The translations under genes were made by a program, and so were the position numbers. A stretch of DNA of 64,000 nt from Phycisphaeraceae bacterium (GTDB taxonomy: Bacteria > Planctomycetota > Phycisphaerae > Phycisphaerales > Phycisphaeraceae), in the NCBI GenBank assembly GCA_963674705.1, contig OY771506.1, positions 672,001 to 736,000 of the forward strand. The letters run 5' to 3'. Under the pieces are notes generated by a model. That model worked only from the letters and a program-made list of their open reading frames with translations. It was not told where the DNA came from and did not search any database. Shown here piece after piece: positions 1 through 10,712 of the stretch (the stretch's first letter is position 1; every line of letters begins with the position of its first letter).

Positions 1-1
1 C

Positions 2-967
2 ACCCGGGGGCACGCTCTGGTTCCAGTTTGCGAGGATGATGTCCAGATCGTCCAGGCCGACGAAGTCGTCACCGTCCAGATCACCGTTTACCTGACCGAA
101 AAAAAAAGCGTAGGCCTGGTCGAGGAAGTTGTTGGCTCTGCCGGCGAACATATCGGTGGAGTAAACGTTGGCCGTGACATTGGGATGGCTGTTGGTTGTT
201 TCCCCGCCGTACTCGGCCTTGAGTCGGTTGGGCATGGTTGCCGCATCATCGGGATTCGCCAGGACGTCAAACCAATCGAATACCGCGACGTTGTTCAGGC
301 CCGTGCGCTGCTTGTACTCAACCTGCCATTCGTCAGTGAGCCAGGTGTTGAATACGCGTGCGCGGTGAGCGTTGGCGTCATTGGTGCTGGTGTTGCACAG
401 GGGCGGTGCGGTCACGGGGATGAAAAGGATATCCGGATTAGCCGCGAATATATCTTCAAGCGCCAGGTACTCGGCACCATTGCTGGTATAAGTATTACCC
501 GTGCCATCGGGATGCTGATAGACCGCTTTGTAGTTGGTCAGCGTCTGCGAGCTACTGAATGGATCGCCGGGCGTTGATCCGTCAGAAGTGACATTGCTGA
601 TCGGATAGCAACTCTTGAACATGATGATCTTGTTGTAGCCGTTACCGCCGGGAAACGATTGCACGCCTTCCAGATAATCATTAAACCAGTAAACCCAATG
701 GTTCATGTTGGTCTTGTCGCCCGGCGTAGCTGCCAACGAGTCCGGCCGCCCCGAATCCGGCGTCAGGTCGTCACCATACGTGATGTCGTTGACAGTATCG
801 ATGTAATCTTTCGCAGCCAGGGCAGTGGACAGGCCGCCGTTACTGGCACTGAGCCAATTGCTGCCACAGGAATGATGGATGAAAAGGATGTCGCTTTGGG
901 TTTGAGCCTGCAACGAAAGGCAAGTACATGCGATGCACAGTGACACGATAGCGATAACACGGTTCAT
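2..967 (-). CDS. Secreted protein with C-terminal dockerin-like (GDLDGDDFVGLDDLDIILANWNQ) module, probably PEP-CTERM; 3' end runs off the window
   Basis: Not in ORF track (no stop in window). Manual translation from ATG at 967: MNRVIAIVSLCIACTCLSLQAQTQSDILFIHHSCGSNWL...GDLDGDDFVGLDDLDIILANWNQSVPPG; signal peptide; tail matches those of the other PEP-CTERM proteins here. Confidence 0.85.
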   Translation of the reverse strand, partial: MNRVIAIVSLCIACTCLSLQAQTQSDILFIHHSCGSNWLSASNGGLSTALAAKDYIDTVNDITYGDDLTPDSGRPDSLAATPGDKTNMNHWVYWFNDYLEGVQSFPGGNGYNKIIMFKSCYPISNVTSDGSTPGDPFSSSQTLTNYKAVYQHPDGTGNTYTSNGAEYLALEDIFAANPDILFIPVTAPPLCNTSTNDANAHRARVFNTWLTDEWQVEYKQRTGLNNVAVFDWFDVLANPDDAATMPNRLKAEYGGETTNSHPNVTANVYSTDMFAGRANNFLDQAYAFFFGQVNGDLDGDDFVGLDDLDIILANWNQSVPPG

Positions 968-1156
968 GATATTCTCCATTCATAAGATCGAAATATCTGA
1001 ACTTTTATCCTATCAAGCCTGCTCCGTTAATAAAAGGGAAAGCCAATCAACTTTCGCAAAACGCTAGCGTTCTTTGAGTTTTAGCAGGCTGAAAATAGAC
1101 ACAATGACAGCGATGAGGTGGTATGTATATCATCCATTCGCCCACCCGCTTTGGGT

Positions 1157-3043
1157 CTACGCAGATTCCGGCTCCGGCTCGCTATCGCCAAAAATCGATC
1201 GTTTGAGCACCCACCGCAACACAAGGCCTGCCACAACAGCGATCGATACACATACCGCAACGCCGGTCCAGCGCGAGAAGATCGCAGAACCGATCCCCAG
1301 TAACAGCGAGTAGATAAATGCGATCGACGCCAGCCAGCCGATCGTGCTGCGTCCGAACTCGCCGGACTCCTTGGGGATACCATGCTCTTCCCGTACGCGC
1401 GCCCACCCCGGACCGGACGGTCGTACATCTCTGCAGAATTGGATCGCGCTCTGCGATGGCTTTTTACACGTCAAGACAGATACCAAGATCCAGACAAACA
1501 TCGCACCAAAGGTGGTTATCAATACCCGGTAGGCGAAGTAGTCGATCGGACGGCCGACCGCGTCCAACATAGCTTCACCCGCTGCATCTTTGGGATTGGC
1601 CAGATAAACTTCGCATGCGATTCCCAGCGCAAGCGCAGCGATGATCGCCGCGATTTCCGACCACGCCGTGACACGCCACCAGTACCACCGCAGGATTAAG
1701 ACGGTCCCCACGCCGCCGACGAACACGCCCAGCATCTTATAAGCGTCGATGATGCCCGAGAGTTTGGTCGATACGATCAGCGCGAGGATAGTCAATACTA
1801 ACATCGTGATACGCGACGCTCTGACTAACTCTTTCTGTTTGGCTTCCGGCCGAATGAAAGGCTGATACATGTCGTTAACAAGGTAAGATGCCCCCCAGTT
1901 CAGGTGCGTATCAAGCGTACTCATATACGCCGCCAGCATCGCCGCGACCATCACGCCCTTGATGCCCGTATGCATCAGTTCATCGATCATCATCGGGAAC
2001 GCCCGCTCAGCATCGGATCCCGTCAACTCGGGGAAGTAGACCATCGACGCCAATCCCACAACGATCCACGGCCAGGGACGCAGCACGTAATGGCAGAAGT
2101 TGTACCAGAGGAATGCAAGCAGCGAGTCCTTCTCGCTCTTGGTCGCGAGCATCCGCTGCACAAGATAGCCATTACCCGGCGCGGTCTGCCATGAAACCAC
2201 AAAGATATATGTCAGGAACGTGAACACCACCAGGTCAAACGATGAGAGGTCGGGGAAAAATCCGAGCAGGTTCTTATCCGGATTGTACGCAACGGTGGTT
2301 TCAATACGCTGGGCGAAACTCATCCCTTCGGTGGCAACGCCGTTGATCTCCGGCTCCGCCATCACGCTGTTGAACGACATGACCGCCAACCAGATCGTGC
2401 CAACCATGGCCAGCACAAACTGAACAAGGTCGGTATAAACCACGCCGTATAAACCCGAGGCCATGGAATACACCATCGCACACAAACCCAGGATCATCAG
2501 AACCAAGCCCGTCTCGGTCACCGTGAACAAAGGCTCAGCCGAACCAAACAAATGCGGAGCAAAGACCGGGTCGGCATCCAAACCCATCACCGCCTGCACG
2601 ACCTTGGTCGCCGCGATCGTAACGGATGCCATAATGACACAGTTGACGAACACGCCATCGAACAGCACCTTGAACACACGAAGGATCGAACGCTGCGGCG
2701 AAGCGTCGTAGCGGACCTGGATCAATTCAACATCCGTCAACACTTTCGTGCGTCGCCAGAGCTTGGCAAAATAAAAGATAGTCGCCGTCTGCCCGATCGC
2801 TGCGGCCCACCAGAACCAGTTACCATGGATCCCGTCGTTACGCGCTAAACCGGCAACGAATAATGGCGTGTCCGTTGAGAATGTCGTGGCGACAAGAGAC
2901 GTACCCGCGATCCACCAAGGCAAACTTCGACCGGCGACGAAGAAGTCCGTCGTATCGTGCGACGCTTTCTTTACGAATATGAAACCCAGTACTAATGCAA
3001 TCAGGACATAAGCAGCAACGACGCACCAGTCTATAGGAGTCAT
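1157..3043 (-). CDS. Sodium:solute symporter (SSS family)
   Basis: DFFVAGRSLPWW..GTSLVATTFSTDTP, YLVQRMLATKSEKD and AAYMSTLDTHLNWGASY motifs; many TM helices. Confidence 0.93.
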   Translation of the reverse strand: MTPIDWCVVAAYVLIALVLGFIFVKKASHDTTDFFVAGRSLPWWIAGTSLVATTFSTDTPLFVAGLARNDGIHGNWFWWAAAIGQTATIFYFAKLWRRTKVLTDVELIQVRYDASPQRSILRVFKVLFDGVFVNCVIMASVTIAATKVVQAVMGLDADPVFAPHLFGSAEPLFTVTETGLVLMILGLCAMVYSMASGLYGVVYTDLVQFVLAMVGTIWLAVMSFNSVMAEPEINGVATEGMSFAQRIETTVAYNPDKNLLGFFPDLSSFDLVVFTFLTYIFVVSWQTAPGNGYLVQRMLATKSEKDSLLAFLWYNFCHYVLRPWPWIVVGLASMVYFPELTGSDAERAFPMMIDELMHTGIKGVMVAAMLAAYMSTLDTHLNWGASYLVNDMYQPFIRPEAKQKELVRASRITMLVLTILALIVSTKLSGIIDAYKMLGVFVGGVGTVLILRWYWWRVTAWSEIAAIIAALALGIACEVYLANPKDAAGEAMLDAVGRPIDYFAYRVLITTFGAMFVWILVSVLTCKKPSQSAIQFCRDVRPSGPGWARVREEHGIPKESGEFGRSTIGWLASIAFIYSLLLGIGSAIFSRWTGVAVCVSIAVVAGLVLRWVLKRSIFGDSEPEPESA

Positions 3044-3169
3044 ATCACGTGTCCGTTTCTTACCCTTAAGAGGAATCCCATCAACGGGCTAAAGATAGCA
3101 AATCACACAGATTGAACTGATTGCCGATCTAATGACGACGATTTAGAATCCCGAAGTTAGCAGGAATAT

Positions 3170-3280
3170 TTGTATTGTCAAGTATGTTATTGTGAACAAG
3201 TGTTTTCTTGTAATATCTGTTAAAATAGGGGTTGACGAATGATTGCCACAGCGTGTATGCTGCTCTAGTTGTATTTACAA
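3170..3280. promoter_or_regulatory. Divergent promoter region with candidate GntR/AraR-type operators TTGTATTGTCAA (3170-3181) and TTGTATTTACAA (3269-3280)
   Basis: The 3170 12-mer is the exact reverse complement of TTGACAATACAA at 13007-13018, upstream of the GntR/LacI regulator; AT-rich gap between divergent genes. Confidence 0.55.
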
Positions 3281-3335
3281 GTTGTGCCTAAAGAAGATCG
3301 CTTTCCGCCCGCCTATCCTTGCCTGGGAGTAACGC

Positions 3336-4703
3336 ATGACATCTGCACACCGCCGCATCCGCCCGTTACTGATCCTGTTCGGTTACCTGATGTGTTTGGC
3401 CGCGTGCTTCAGCTGCGCATCGCTGCACGCCGCGGAACAAACGTACACGCCGGATGACAATCGCGACATCGCCAACCCCGAGCGCGGCTTGTACATCCAG
3501 TTCACCAGCCAGGCAGAACAGAACCCGCTCGAACTCGATGCGGTCAAGCAACTGCACGACCAAAACATGACGCTCATCTTGAGGATGTACTACCTCAAGA
3601 CTTTTCTCGATCGGCGGCTGAGCGATAAGCAACTGGAGATGATCCGCAACGACTTTGCGATCATGCGCGAAGCGGGCGTGAAGTGCGTCTTGCGTTTTGC
3701 CTATAGCCAGGAGATCGGCAAACCCGATGCGCCGATCGATGTCGTGCTTGAGCACATGGAACAACTCAAGCCCATCATCAAAGACAACGCCGATGTGATC
3801 CTCACCGCTCAGGGTGGATTCGTCGGCGCGTGGGGCGAATGGCACGCTTCCACAAACGATCTGGCTGAACCACCCAACGCAAAGAAAATCGTTCACAAGT
3901 GGCTCGATATCCTGCCGCCGAACCGAACCGTGCAGTTACGCACGCCCAGACAAAAGTGGATGATCCTCGACAGCAAAGAACCGATCACAGCCGGCCAGGC
4001 GTTCACCAACACACCGATCGCACGCATCGGCCACCACAACGACTGCTTCATCTCCAGCAACACCGATGTGGGCACATACGAAGACATCGAAAACGAAAAG
4101 CGATACCTCGGCGTCGAAACACAGTTTGTCCCGATGGGCGGCGAAACCTGCGCGCTTTCCAAGTTCTCCGATACCGAGAATGCACGCAATGAAATGGAAA
4201 ACCTGCACTTCACCTACCTGAACCTCGGTTACCACCCGGAGGTGATCAAGAAGTGGAAAAATGACGGCTTCTTCCAGGAAGTCAAACGTAGATTAGGCTA
4301 TCGCCTGTCGCTGCAATCATTCGAATACCCCCCAAGCGCCAGGCCATACGGAAAAATCAAGGTCGGTTTGATGCTGGAAAACACGGGATTTGCACCGCCC
4401 GTCAACCCACGCGATGTCGTGCTGATTTTTGTCAACCAGCAAGACAAAAAAGAATTCATCCTGAAAATCCCCTGCGAGCCACGCCGATGGCTGCCCGGCA
4501 AACCCATCCGTATCGAAGAGGAGTTACAACTGCCTCGCGATATGCCATCCGGCATCTACAAACTCTACCTGACGCTGCCAGACCCCGAGCCCGCACTGGC
4601 GGACAACCCCGCGTACATGATCCAACTCGCAAACCCCGGCATATATGATGCAATGACCGGGCGACACGATCTCAATGCAACGATCAAAACGGTGTTGAGA
4701 TAA
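3336..4703 (+). CDS. Secreted DUF4874/DUF4832-type putative glycoside hydrolase
   Basis: Signal peptide; ANPERGLY, LRFAY, QGGFVGAWGEWH, RIGHHNDCF, MGGETC, RLGYR motifs; paralogue of 17811..19424. Confidence 0.8.
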   Translation: MTSAHRRIRPLLILFGYLMCLAACFSCASLHAAEQTYTPDDNRDIANPERGLYIQFTSQAEQNPLELDAVKQLHDQNMTLILRMYYLKTFLDRRLSDKQLEMIRNDFAIMREAGVKCVLRFAYSQEIGKPDAPIDVVLEHMEQLKPIIKDNADVILTAQGGFVGAWGEWHASTNDLAEPPNAKKIVHKWLDILPPNRTVQLRTPRQKWMILDSKEPITAGQAFTNTPIARIGHHNDCFISSNTDVGTYEDIENEKRYLGVETQFVPMGGETCALSKFSDTENARNEMENLHFTYLNLGYHPEVIKKWKNDGFFQEVKRRLGYRLSLQSFEYPPSARPYGKIKVGLMLENTGFAPPVNPRDVVLIFVNQQDKKEFILKIPCEPRRWLPGKPIRIEEELQLPRDMPSGIYKLYLTLPDPEPALADNPAYMIQLANPGIYDAMTGRHDLNATIKTVLR

Positions 4704-4736
4704 GAAGTAGGCCCGGCCTACACGATGCTGTGTAGG

Positions 4737-5513
4737 CTAGCATTCTTCAGAGCGCATGCGGATCAGTTTCGCGGGCACACCACCGACGATGGCATAGTCG
4801 GGGACGTCTTGCGTCACAACAGCGCCGGCCGCGACAATCGCTCCCTTACCGACTGTCACGCCGTCGAGCACGCTGGCGCGTTCTCCGATCCAACTGTCCG
4901 GCCCGATCACCGCCCCACCCTTCAGGTCCTTTTCCTGGTAAGCGATGGGAGCATCGAGCCGGTCAAACTTGTAAGAGGTGTTGCCGATGCATGCGTAAGG
5001 CCCGATGGCTGCATCGCGACCGATCCGCACCACGTTGCCGCTCAAGGAGTAGATCGCTGAATAGGCGCCCGTTACGACACCGTCATCGATATGGATGTTA
5101 CCGTCTTTGCAGATAACCAGGCCGCGTTGACCGATCAAGGCATCGTCACCGATTTCGATGCCGTGGTTGTCTTTGCCGCGTGCATCGAGGATAGCACCAT
5201 CAGCGATTACAACACGGTGCCCGAGCTTGATCTTTCGCGGGTGGCGCAGCGTGATACCCGGGCCGAACACCGTTGACTTGCCACACGCGCCTAGCAGCCA
5301 AGGTAAAAGCTTCTTTCTAGAAACCAGTCCCATCGCGCCAGGAAAGCCGGCAAATAACGACATAATCAATTCGTACTTGATCGTGTAAGAAAGGCTGTTG
5401 GAACCCACAATGATCGACTGATACTTACGCAGGCCCGACTGGCTGGCGTCGGTAATTCGGCCATGCAGCTTGGCGTTCTTCGTATTAATCAGTGATTCAT
5501 CGAGTTCGGGCAT
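4737..5513 (-). CDS. Hexapeptide-repeat acyltransferase (LbetaH; CysE/LacA-like)
   Basis: [52 protein letters not shown]. Confidence 0.9.
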   Translation of the reverse strand: MPELDESLINTKNAKLHGRITDASQSGLRKYQSIIVGSNSLSYTIKYELIMSLFAGFPGAMGLVSRKKLLPWLLGACGKSTVFGPGITLRHPRKIKLGHRVVIADGAILDARGKDNHGIEIGDDALIGQRGLVICKDGNIHIDDGVVTGAYSAIYSLSGNVVRIGRDAAIGPYACIGNTSYKFDRLDAPIAYQEKDLKGGAVIGPDSWIGERASVLDGVTVGKGAIVAAGAVVTQDVPDYAIVGGVPAKLIRMRSEEC

Positions 5514-5598
5514 GCAAGGCCTTTCAAGACAAAGTCGACAAGATGACGATCGCGTAATGCCATGACGACGTCAACTCGGTCTGTCTCACACACAAGCA

Positions 5599-6627
5599 TC
5601 ATGACAGATAACCGTTCGATTTATACCACGCCGCAGTCGCAGCAAGGCCCTCTTCGATCCCCACCCGTGGTTGATACCCCAGTTCCTCTTTGGCCTTATC
5701 GATCTTAAATGCACGGTTCTGGCAGAACCAGTCAACGCGCCGGCGGAACAACGGAGGCGTAATCCGGAGCGGATAACAGATGACTTCGCAAGCCACCGCC
5801 ATCGCATACAGCGGCCAGAAAGGATAGTGCTTGATCTTGACGTCCTTGCCCATGGACTTGCCGACATGCATGATCAGATCGTTGAGCGTCTGGAAGTGCT
5901 CATCCGCAGCAAGATACGCCTCGCCCTTACGGCCCTTCTTAGCCGCAAGAATCAGGCAATCCACAAGGTTGTCGATGTACACCGGATGATACGTCGTGTT
6001 ACCACTGCCAAACATCATGAACGAGCCGTTCTTGCAGTGCTTGTACATGAGCAGAAACCGTGCGGGATCACCCGGGCCGTAGATCGCGGCCGGGCGCACG
6101 GTCGTCGCGTCATAGCCGGTCTGTGCGACGATTTCGTTGATGACCCGCTCGCCTTCATACTTGGTGTACTGGTAGTAATCCGCGGGCTGGATAGGCGCAT
6201 CTTCTCCGCCGGGCGGGTCCTCGACGTTGCCATGCACGCCACAGGTAGAGCAATAGACGAACTTACTTGCGCCGACATTCCGCGCCGCTTCACACATATA
6301 GCGTGTGCCTTCAACATTCGTCTGCCAATACACCTCTTTAGGCACATTGATCTGGCGGAATGCCGCGGCAAGGTGGTAGACGACCTGGGGCTTTGACCAT
6401 GCCAGCACCTCATCGCAAAACACGCGATCAGCCACGCTGCCCAGCCGAAGATGCGCCCCCAGTTCTTCAAGCTCGTCGTAGAACAGCCCCTTGGCGTTAT
6501 CGATCGCATAAACCTCGAATCCATCCTTCAACAATCGGCGCACGAGATGGCTGCCGGTAAAGCCGGTTCCACCGGTCACAAGAACTCTGTTGGAATTTGC
6601 CGTGTTGTGGTCGTTGTCGGATGACAT
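5599..6627 (-). CDS. NAD-dependent epimerase/dehydratase (extended SDR)
   Basis: VLVTGGTGFTG Rossmann motif, YHLAA, YQYTK catalytic YxxxK, RPAAIYGPGD. Confidence 0.92.
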   Translation of the reverse strand: MSSDNDHNTANSNRVLVTGGTGFTGSHLVRRLLKDGFEVYAIDNAKGLFYDELEELGAHLRLGSVADRVFCDEVLAWSKPQVVYHLAAAFRQINVPKEVYWQTNVEGTRYMCEAARNVGASKFVYCSTCGVHGNVEDPPGGEDAPIQPADYYQYTKYEGERVINEIVAQTGYDATTVRPAAIYGPGDPARFLLMYKHCKNGSFMMFGSGNTTYHPVYIDNLVDCLILAAKKGRKGEAYLAADEHFQTLNDLIMHVGKSMGKDVKIKHYPFWPLYAMAVACEVICYPLRITPPLFRRRVDWFCQNRAFKIDKAKEELGYQPRVGIEEGLAATAAWYKSNGYLS

Positions 6628-6889
6628 GCCAGCTCCTGGTTCCGAATAACCTTTATCAGAGGACGCATCCAGCTATACAACAGGTATATGCCGGACCCTG
6701 TTAAGTGGAACCCTAAACTCTTAAATGGTTTATCGGCTTGCCGGAAGGTACGGAACACTTCTCATACCTCAACATGCCCGGAATCTGGTGCGCCGTTTAT
6801 CAACCACCGGCTAAGCAGTGTTCCGCGGACCATGGCCGGGCTCTGAAGAAGGCAGATAACCAAACGGGACGCTGCTGATCTCCGGGCTG

Positions 6890-8017
6890 CTACCAACCCT
6901 CATAATACAGATTCGCCAGCGCCAACCACCCCGCGGTCTCGGCCGGATTGCCGACCGGTTGATCCCACAGATCAAAACGCACACGGTCAACCAACTCGCG
7001 CAACAACCGTGACCGTATCGAGCGCGTCAGCAGGTTGCAGACATCGGGATAGCGCGTCAGCTCGCTGACAATGACCAACCGGTGCGGGCGAATGAAGTTG
7101 ACGACGTTGACGATCCCGTTCGCCAGGTAGCCGTAGAGTGTTTCCAGCGCCTCGTCGCCGGGCTCGTAGTCGGCAGATCGACGCATCAAGATCTTTATGG
7201 CTGCATCAGAATCAGCCAACTCATCGCCCTCAAGCTTGCGCAGGTATTCACTGCTGAAGATGCACTCCAGGCAACCGGTCTGCCCACAGTAGCATCGGGA
7301 CGTATCCGCGAGATAGCGCATGTGCCCCAGTTCGTTTGCGCTACTGACACACCCCCGGCTGGGTCTGCCCTGATTCAATACCGCGGCACCCAGTGTGCCA
7401 TCACCAATATGTACTAACAATACATCATGCGCCGCTTCAGCACGGTGCGTCAGCAACCAGCGCGCGCCTAAGGCATGCATATCGTTTTCAACGATGAGTG
7501 ACAGGTCATCCGCTTCATCAAAGAGCGGGCTGAGGCTGACAGGCTTTTCATCCGTCGCCATCAAACCCGCCAGCGCCCGGCGCGTCGCCGCGTCATAAAA
7601 GCCCGGCATACTCACACCCACGCCGACCGCCTGATCGCTTCGTACCTTTGCCAGCAACTCAGCAGCAACGGCAACGAGTTTGTCTGTCCCGCCGCGGACA
7701 TACCGGCCGACCGGTTTGCCGATCAATGCCCCCTGAAGGTTGAGCTTCGCGGCACTGACCATGCCCGGCCAGATCGTCAGCCCGATGACATGGCGTTGAG
7801 CCGGATCGATCTCCAAAGGCACCCTCGGCCGACCACCGCTGCTGGGCCTGGCCTGACACTCCCGGACCAGCCCCTGCTCCATCAGACCCGCCGCAGCCGC
7901 CCCGACACGGTTGGGCGCTACGCCGGTCAGTTCATGCAGCCCGGATCGACTCTGAGCCCCCGCCCGCCAGAGCTGATGCAAGACCGAACGCTGTTCCAAA
8001 GTAAGTATCACAGCCAC
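6890..8017 (-). CDS. ROK family transcriptional regulator
   Basis: N-terminal HTH (SRSGL...SGGRPR); GVGVSMPG, VENDMHA, ELGH and CYCGQTGCLE ROK signature. Confidence 0.92.
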   Translation of the reverse strand: MAVILTLEQRSVLHQLWRAGAQSRSGLHELTGVAPNRVGAAAAGLMEQGLVRECQARPSSGGRPRVPLEIDPAQRHVIGLTIWPGMVSAAKLNLQGALIGKPVGRYVRGGTDKLVAVAAELLAKVRSDQAVGVGVSMPGFYDAATRRALAGLMATDEKPVSLSPLFDEADDLSLIVENDMHALGARWLLTHRAEAAHDVLLVHIGDGTLGAAVLNQGRPSRGCVSSANELGHMRYLADTSRCYCGQTGCLECIFSSEYLRKLEGDELADSDAAIKILMRRSADYEPGDEALETLYGYLANGIVNVVNFIRPHRLVIVSELTRYPDVCNLLTRSIRSRLLRELVDRVRFDLWDQPVGNPAETAGWLALANLYYEGW

Positions 8018-8086
8018 TTTTTATCAAATCTATATTAAATATTCAAGCTATTAGACGTATTTTCAGGGCATAAGAGTTGAATATTG

Positions 8087-8115
8087 ATACTTTTTTCTGT
8101 ATAAGAAAAAAGTAT
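8087..8115. promoter_or_regulatory. Candidate ROK operator, perfect inverted repeat ATACTTTTTTCT-N5-AGAAAAAAGTAT
   Basis: 12-bp perfect arms in the AT-rich gap between the divergent ROK gene and the nucleotidyltransferase-kinase operon. Confidence 0.7.
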
Positions 8116-8140
8116 ATTCCACTCCAAGGAGCTATTCGCG

Positions 8141-8950
8141 ATGGACAAGGTAGTGATTCTGGCCGGTGGTCTGGGCACCCGCATGCGTAAGCAGGACGAG
8201 GCCGCGGCCCTGACCGCCGCACAGGCCGAGGTCGCCGGGACCGGGGTCAAAGCCATGATCCCGATCGATCGGCCGTTCCTCGACTACGTCATCACCGTGC
8301 TCGCCGATGCGGGCTACAAAAAAGTCTGCCTGGTCATCGGGCCCGACCACGACAACGTCCGGCAGTACTACAACGTCACCAGCCCACCGAGTCGGCTAAG
8401 CATCGAGTACGCGGTCCAGCCTAAACCGCTGGGTACAGCCAACGCCTTGGCGGCCGCAGAAGCGTTCGTCGGCGACGACCACTTTCTCATGCTCAACAGT
8501 GACAACCACTACCCCCTTGATGCAGTAAGTGCGATGCGAGAACTGGACGGCCCGGGCCTTGTCGGGTTTGCACAACAGGCTCTGATCGAAGCCAGCAACA
8601 TCCCCGCCGACCGCATCCCCAAGATGGCGGTCGCCGAGATCGGGCCGGATGGCAACCTCGTGCGCGTGCTTGAAAAACCGAGCGAGCAGCAGATCGCCGC
8701 GTTCGGCGGCAAAGCCTACCTGAGCATGAACTGCTGGCGCTTCACGCCCAACATCTTCGAAGCATGTAAAAACATCAAGGTATCGTCGAGAGGTGAGTAC
8801 GAAGTGCCCGACGCGGCACAGTACTGCATCGACAAACTCGGTGAACAATTCAAGGTTCTCACTTCCGAATCGCCGGTGCTCGATCTGTCTTCACGGCAGG
8901 ACGTAGCGCCAGTTACCGAACTACTTGCCGGGCATAAGGTTTCTTACTGA
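8141..8950 (+). CDS. Sugar-1-phosphate nucleotidyltransferase (RmlA/GalU/GlmU-N-like)
   Basis: VILAGGLGTRM, QPKPLGTANA, LEKP, SSRGEYEVPDA. Confidence 0.9.
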   Translation: MDKVVILAGGLGTRMRKQDEAAALTAAQAEVAGTGVKAMIPIDRPFLDYVITVLADAGYKKVCLVIGPDHDNVRQYYNVTSPPSRLSIEYAVQPKPLGTANALAAAEAFVGDDHFLMLNSDNHYPLDAVSAMRELDGPGLVGFAQQALIEASNIPADRIPKMAVAEIGPDGNLVRVLEKPSEQQIAAFGGKAYLSMNCWRFTPNIFEACKNIKVSSRGEYEVPDAAQYCIDKLGEQFKVLTSESPVLDLSSRQDVAPVTELLAGHKVSY

Positions 8951-10377
8951 TGCCAACCACGACAAACAATCTCGACGCCGCGGTAAACACACTGACTGAA
9001 TCCGGACTGCACCAGGATGCGGTAGAAACCAAGACAAAAACACTTGCCCGGCTGTACCAGACTCTTGCCAAGGTTAACGACAACCCGGCACGAGCGTACT
9101 TTGTGCCCGGTCGTATTGAAGTGCTGGGCAAGCACGTCGACTACGCCGGCGGCCAGAGCCTGACCTGCGCAACAGAACAAGGCTTCTGCTTCGTCGTCGC
9201 GCCGCGTGATGACTGGCGTGTGCGACTGATCGAACCCGTTCAAATATTAGAAGCCTCATTCCCTTTGGACCCGGAGCTCGAGCCTTTCACCGGAGACTGG
9301 ACGAATTACCCGATGACCGTTGCGAGAAGGGTAGCACGCAACTTTCTACCCAACCATAAAGGCAGGCACGCCGGCTGCGATATCGTATTCAACAGCGATC
9401 TGCCGCAAGCCGCAGGCCTGAGCAGTTCCAGCGCGATGATCATCGGCCTGTTCCTCGCGGTCGCGGAAGTCAATCGGCTTGGGCAGTTGCCCGAATTCAA
9501 GCAGGAAATCCACTCCGATCTCGATATAGCGGGCTATCTCGGTTGCGTCGAGAACGGCTCAAGCTTCGGCGATCTTGCTGGCGATCGCGGCGTCGGCACA
9601 AAGGGCGGCAGCCAGGACCACACCGCCATCCTCTGCGCCCGCGCCAACATGATCGGCCGATTCAATTATCGACCCGTCGAGCTTGTTCAGCGCACCGCTC
9701 TGCCCGAAGGCTACATCTTTGCGATAGGTGTCAGCGGCGTTCACTCACAGAAAACCGCCAACACGCGCGAACAGTACAACCGCGCGTCCGAGCTTGCCGC
9801 GGAAGCCGCACGCATCTGGCGCGAACATACCGGCCGAAACGATGAGCATCTCGCCGCGGCCGCAACATCTTCACCCGACGCCCAGGACCAATTGCGCAAA
9901 CTCATCGTTGATGCCGACAAACCGCTGCGCCAACGCGTCGAGCAGTTCCTCGATGAAAACTATCGCATCGTGCCCGGTGCATGCGAAGCGCTGGAAGCCG
10001 GTGATATGCAAACGTTCGGCTCGCTGACGGACGATTCGCAACGTGGAGCCGAATTAAAACTCGGCAACCAGGTCCCACAGACCGTGTACCTTGCCGACAG
10101 CGCGCGCAAACACGGGGCCGTGGCCGCGAGCGCCTTCGGCGCAGGCTTCGGCGGCAGTGTCTGGGCATTGATCCACGAAGATCAGACCGATGCTTTCTTA
10201 AGCGACTGGTCCGCGGATTACCGGAAGGCCTTCCCTGTTGAATCTGAAAACGCCAGCTTCATCACAACCCGCCCCGCCCCCCCCGCCATGCGGCTGGGGA
10301 TAAATCGACTCCAAGTAAAAAACAAACACCTTGCCTTACACGACGTAAGCCTTCCGACCCAACCGGGTCTGGACTAA
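8950..10377 (+). CDS. GHMP sugar kinase, galactokinase/N-acetylgalactosamine kinase-like
   Basis: PGRIEVLGKHVDYAGG, DLPQAAGLSSSSA, GAGFGGS; start overlaps the upstream stop. Confidence 0.9.
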   Translation: MPTTTNNLDAAVNTLTESGLHQDAVETKTKTLARLYQTLAKVNDNPARAYFVPGRIEVLGKHVDYAGGQSLTCATEQGFCFVVAPRDDWRVRLIEPVQILEASFPLDPELEPFTGDWTNYPMTVARRVARNFLPNHKGRHAGCDIVFNSDLPQAAGLSSSSAMIIGLFLAVAEVNRLGQLPEFKQEIHSDLDIAGYLGCVENGSSFGDLAGDRGVGTKGGSQDHTAILCARANMIGRFNYRPVELVQRTALPEGYIFAIGVSGVHSQKTANTREQYNRASELAAEAARIWREHTGRNDEHLAAAATSSPDAQDQLRKLIVDADKPLRQRVEQFLDENYRIVPGACEALEAGDMQTFGSLTDDSQRGAELKLGNQVPQTVYLADSARKHGAVAASAFGAGFGGSVWALIHEDQTDAFLSDWSADYRKAFPVESENASFITTRPAPPAMRLGINRLQVKNKHLALHDVSLPTQPGLD

Positions 10378-10409
10378 GACATCTAATATAACTTATATTA
10401 GATGTCTTA
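10375..10409. repeat. Perfect 35-bp palindrome, copy 1 (TAAGACATCTAATATAA-C-TTATATTAGATGTCTTA)
   Basis: Read directly; same core at 24807 and 50995. Confidence 0.95.
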
Positions 10410-10692
10410 TGATGGGCCCTTCATGACCCAGGAGGACCGGGCTGATGTGTTTCAAGGGTTGGCGGACCCGATCAGGTCAGAGGTGCCGACCTTACTGAGA
10501 AACAAGCCCCGGACCGCGTCCGGGCTTTTGAACGTTCTCAATCCAACTGGAGTTAGCGCCCCACTTTGACCGTTCCGCTTGATGCCATCTCCACACAGGT
10601 GGTGATTCATGCAGATAGATACATTGTGCGCAGGAATAACGGTTCAAAAACGGCTGGACCGCAAGACCCTCGCCGGGCGAAGTGAAGTCTTA
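10409..10692 (+). pseudogene. Decayed ArsR/SmtB-family HTH regulator remnant
   Basis: Translates ADVFQGLADPIRSEVPTLLRNKPRTASGLL, like the ArsR helix 1-2 consensus DVFxALADPxRxxILxLL; no intact ORF; 3' boundary approximate. Confidence 0.55.
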
Positions 10693-10712
10693 ATTTAGTG
10701 TTGAAAACCAAC

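Noticed and set aside
88..960. Short ORF-track calls at the window start
   Set aside because: They are shadows of the real minus-strand gene 967..<2, which the track missed because its stop lies outside the window
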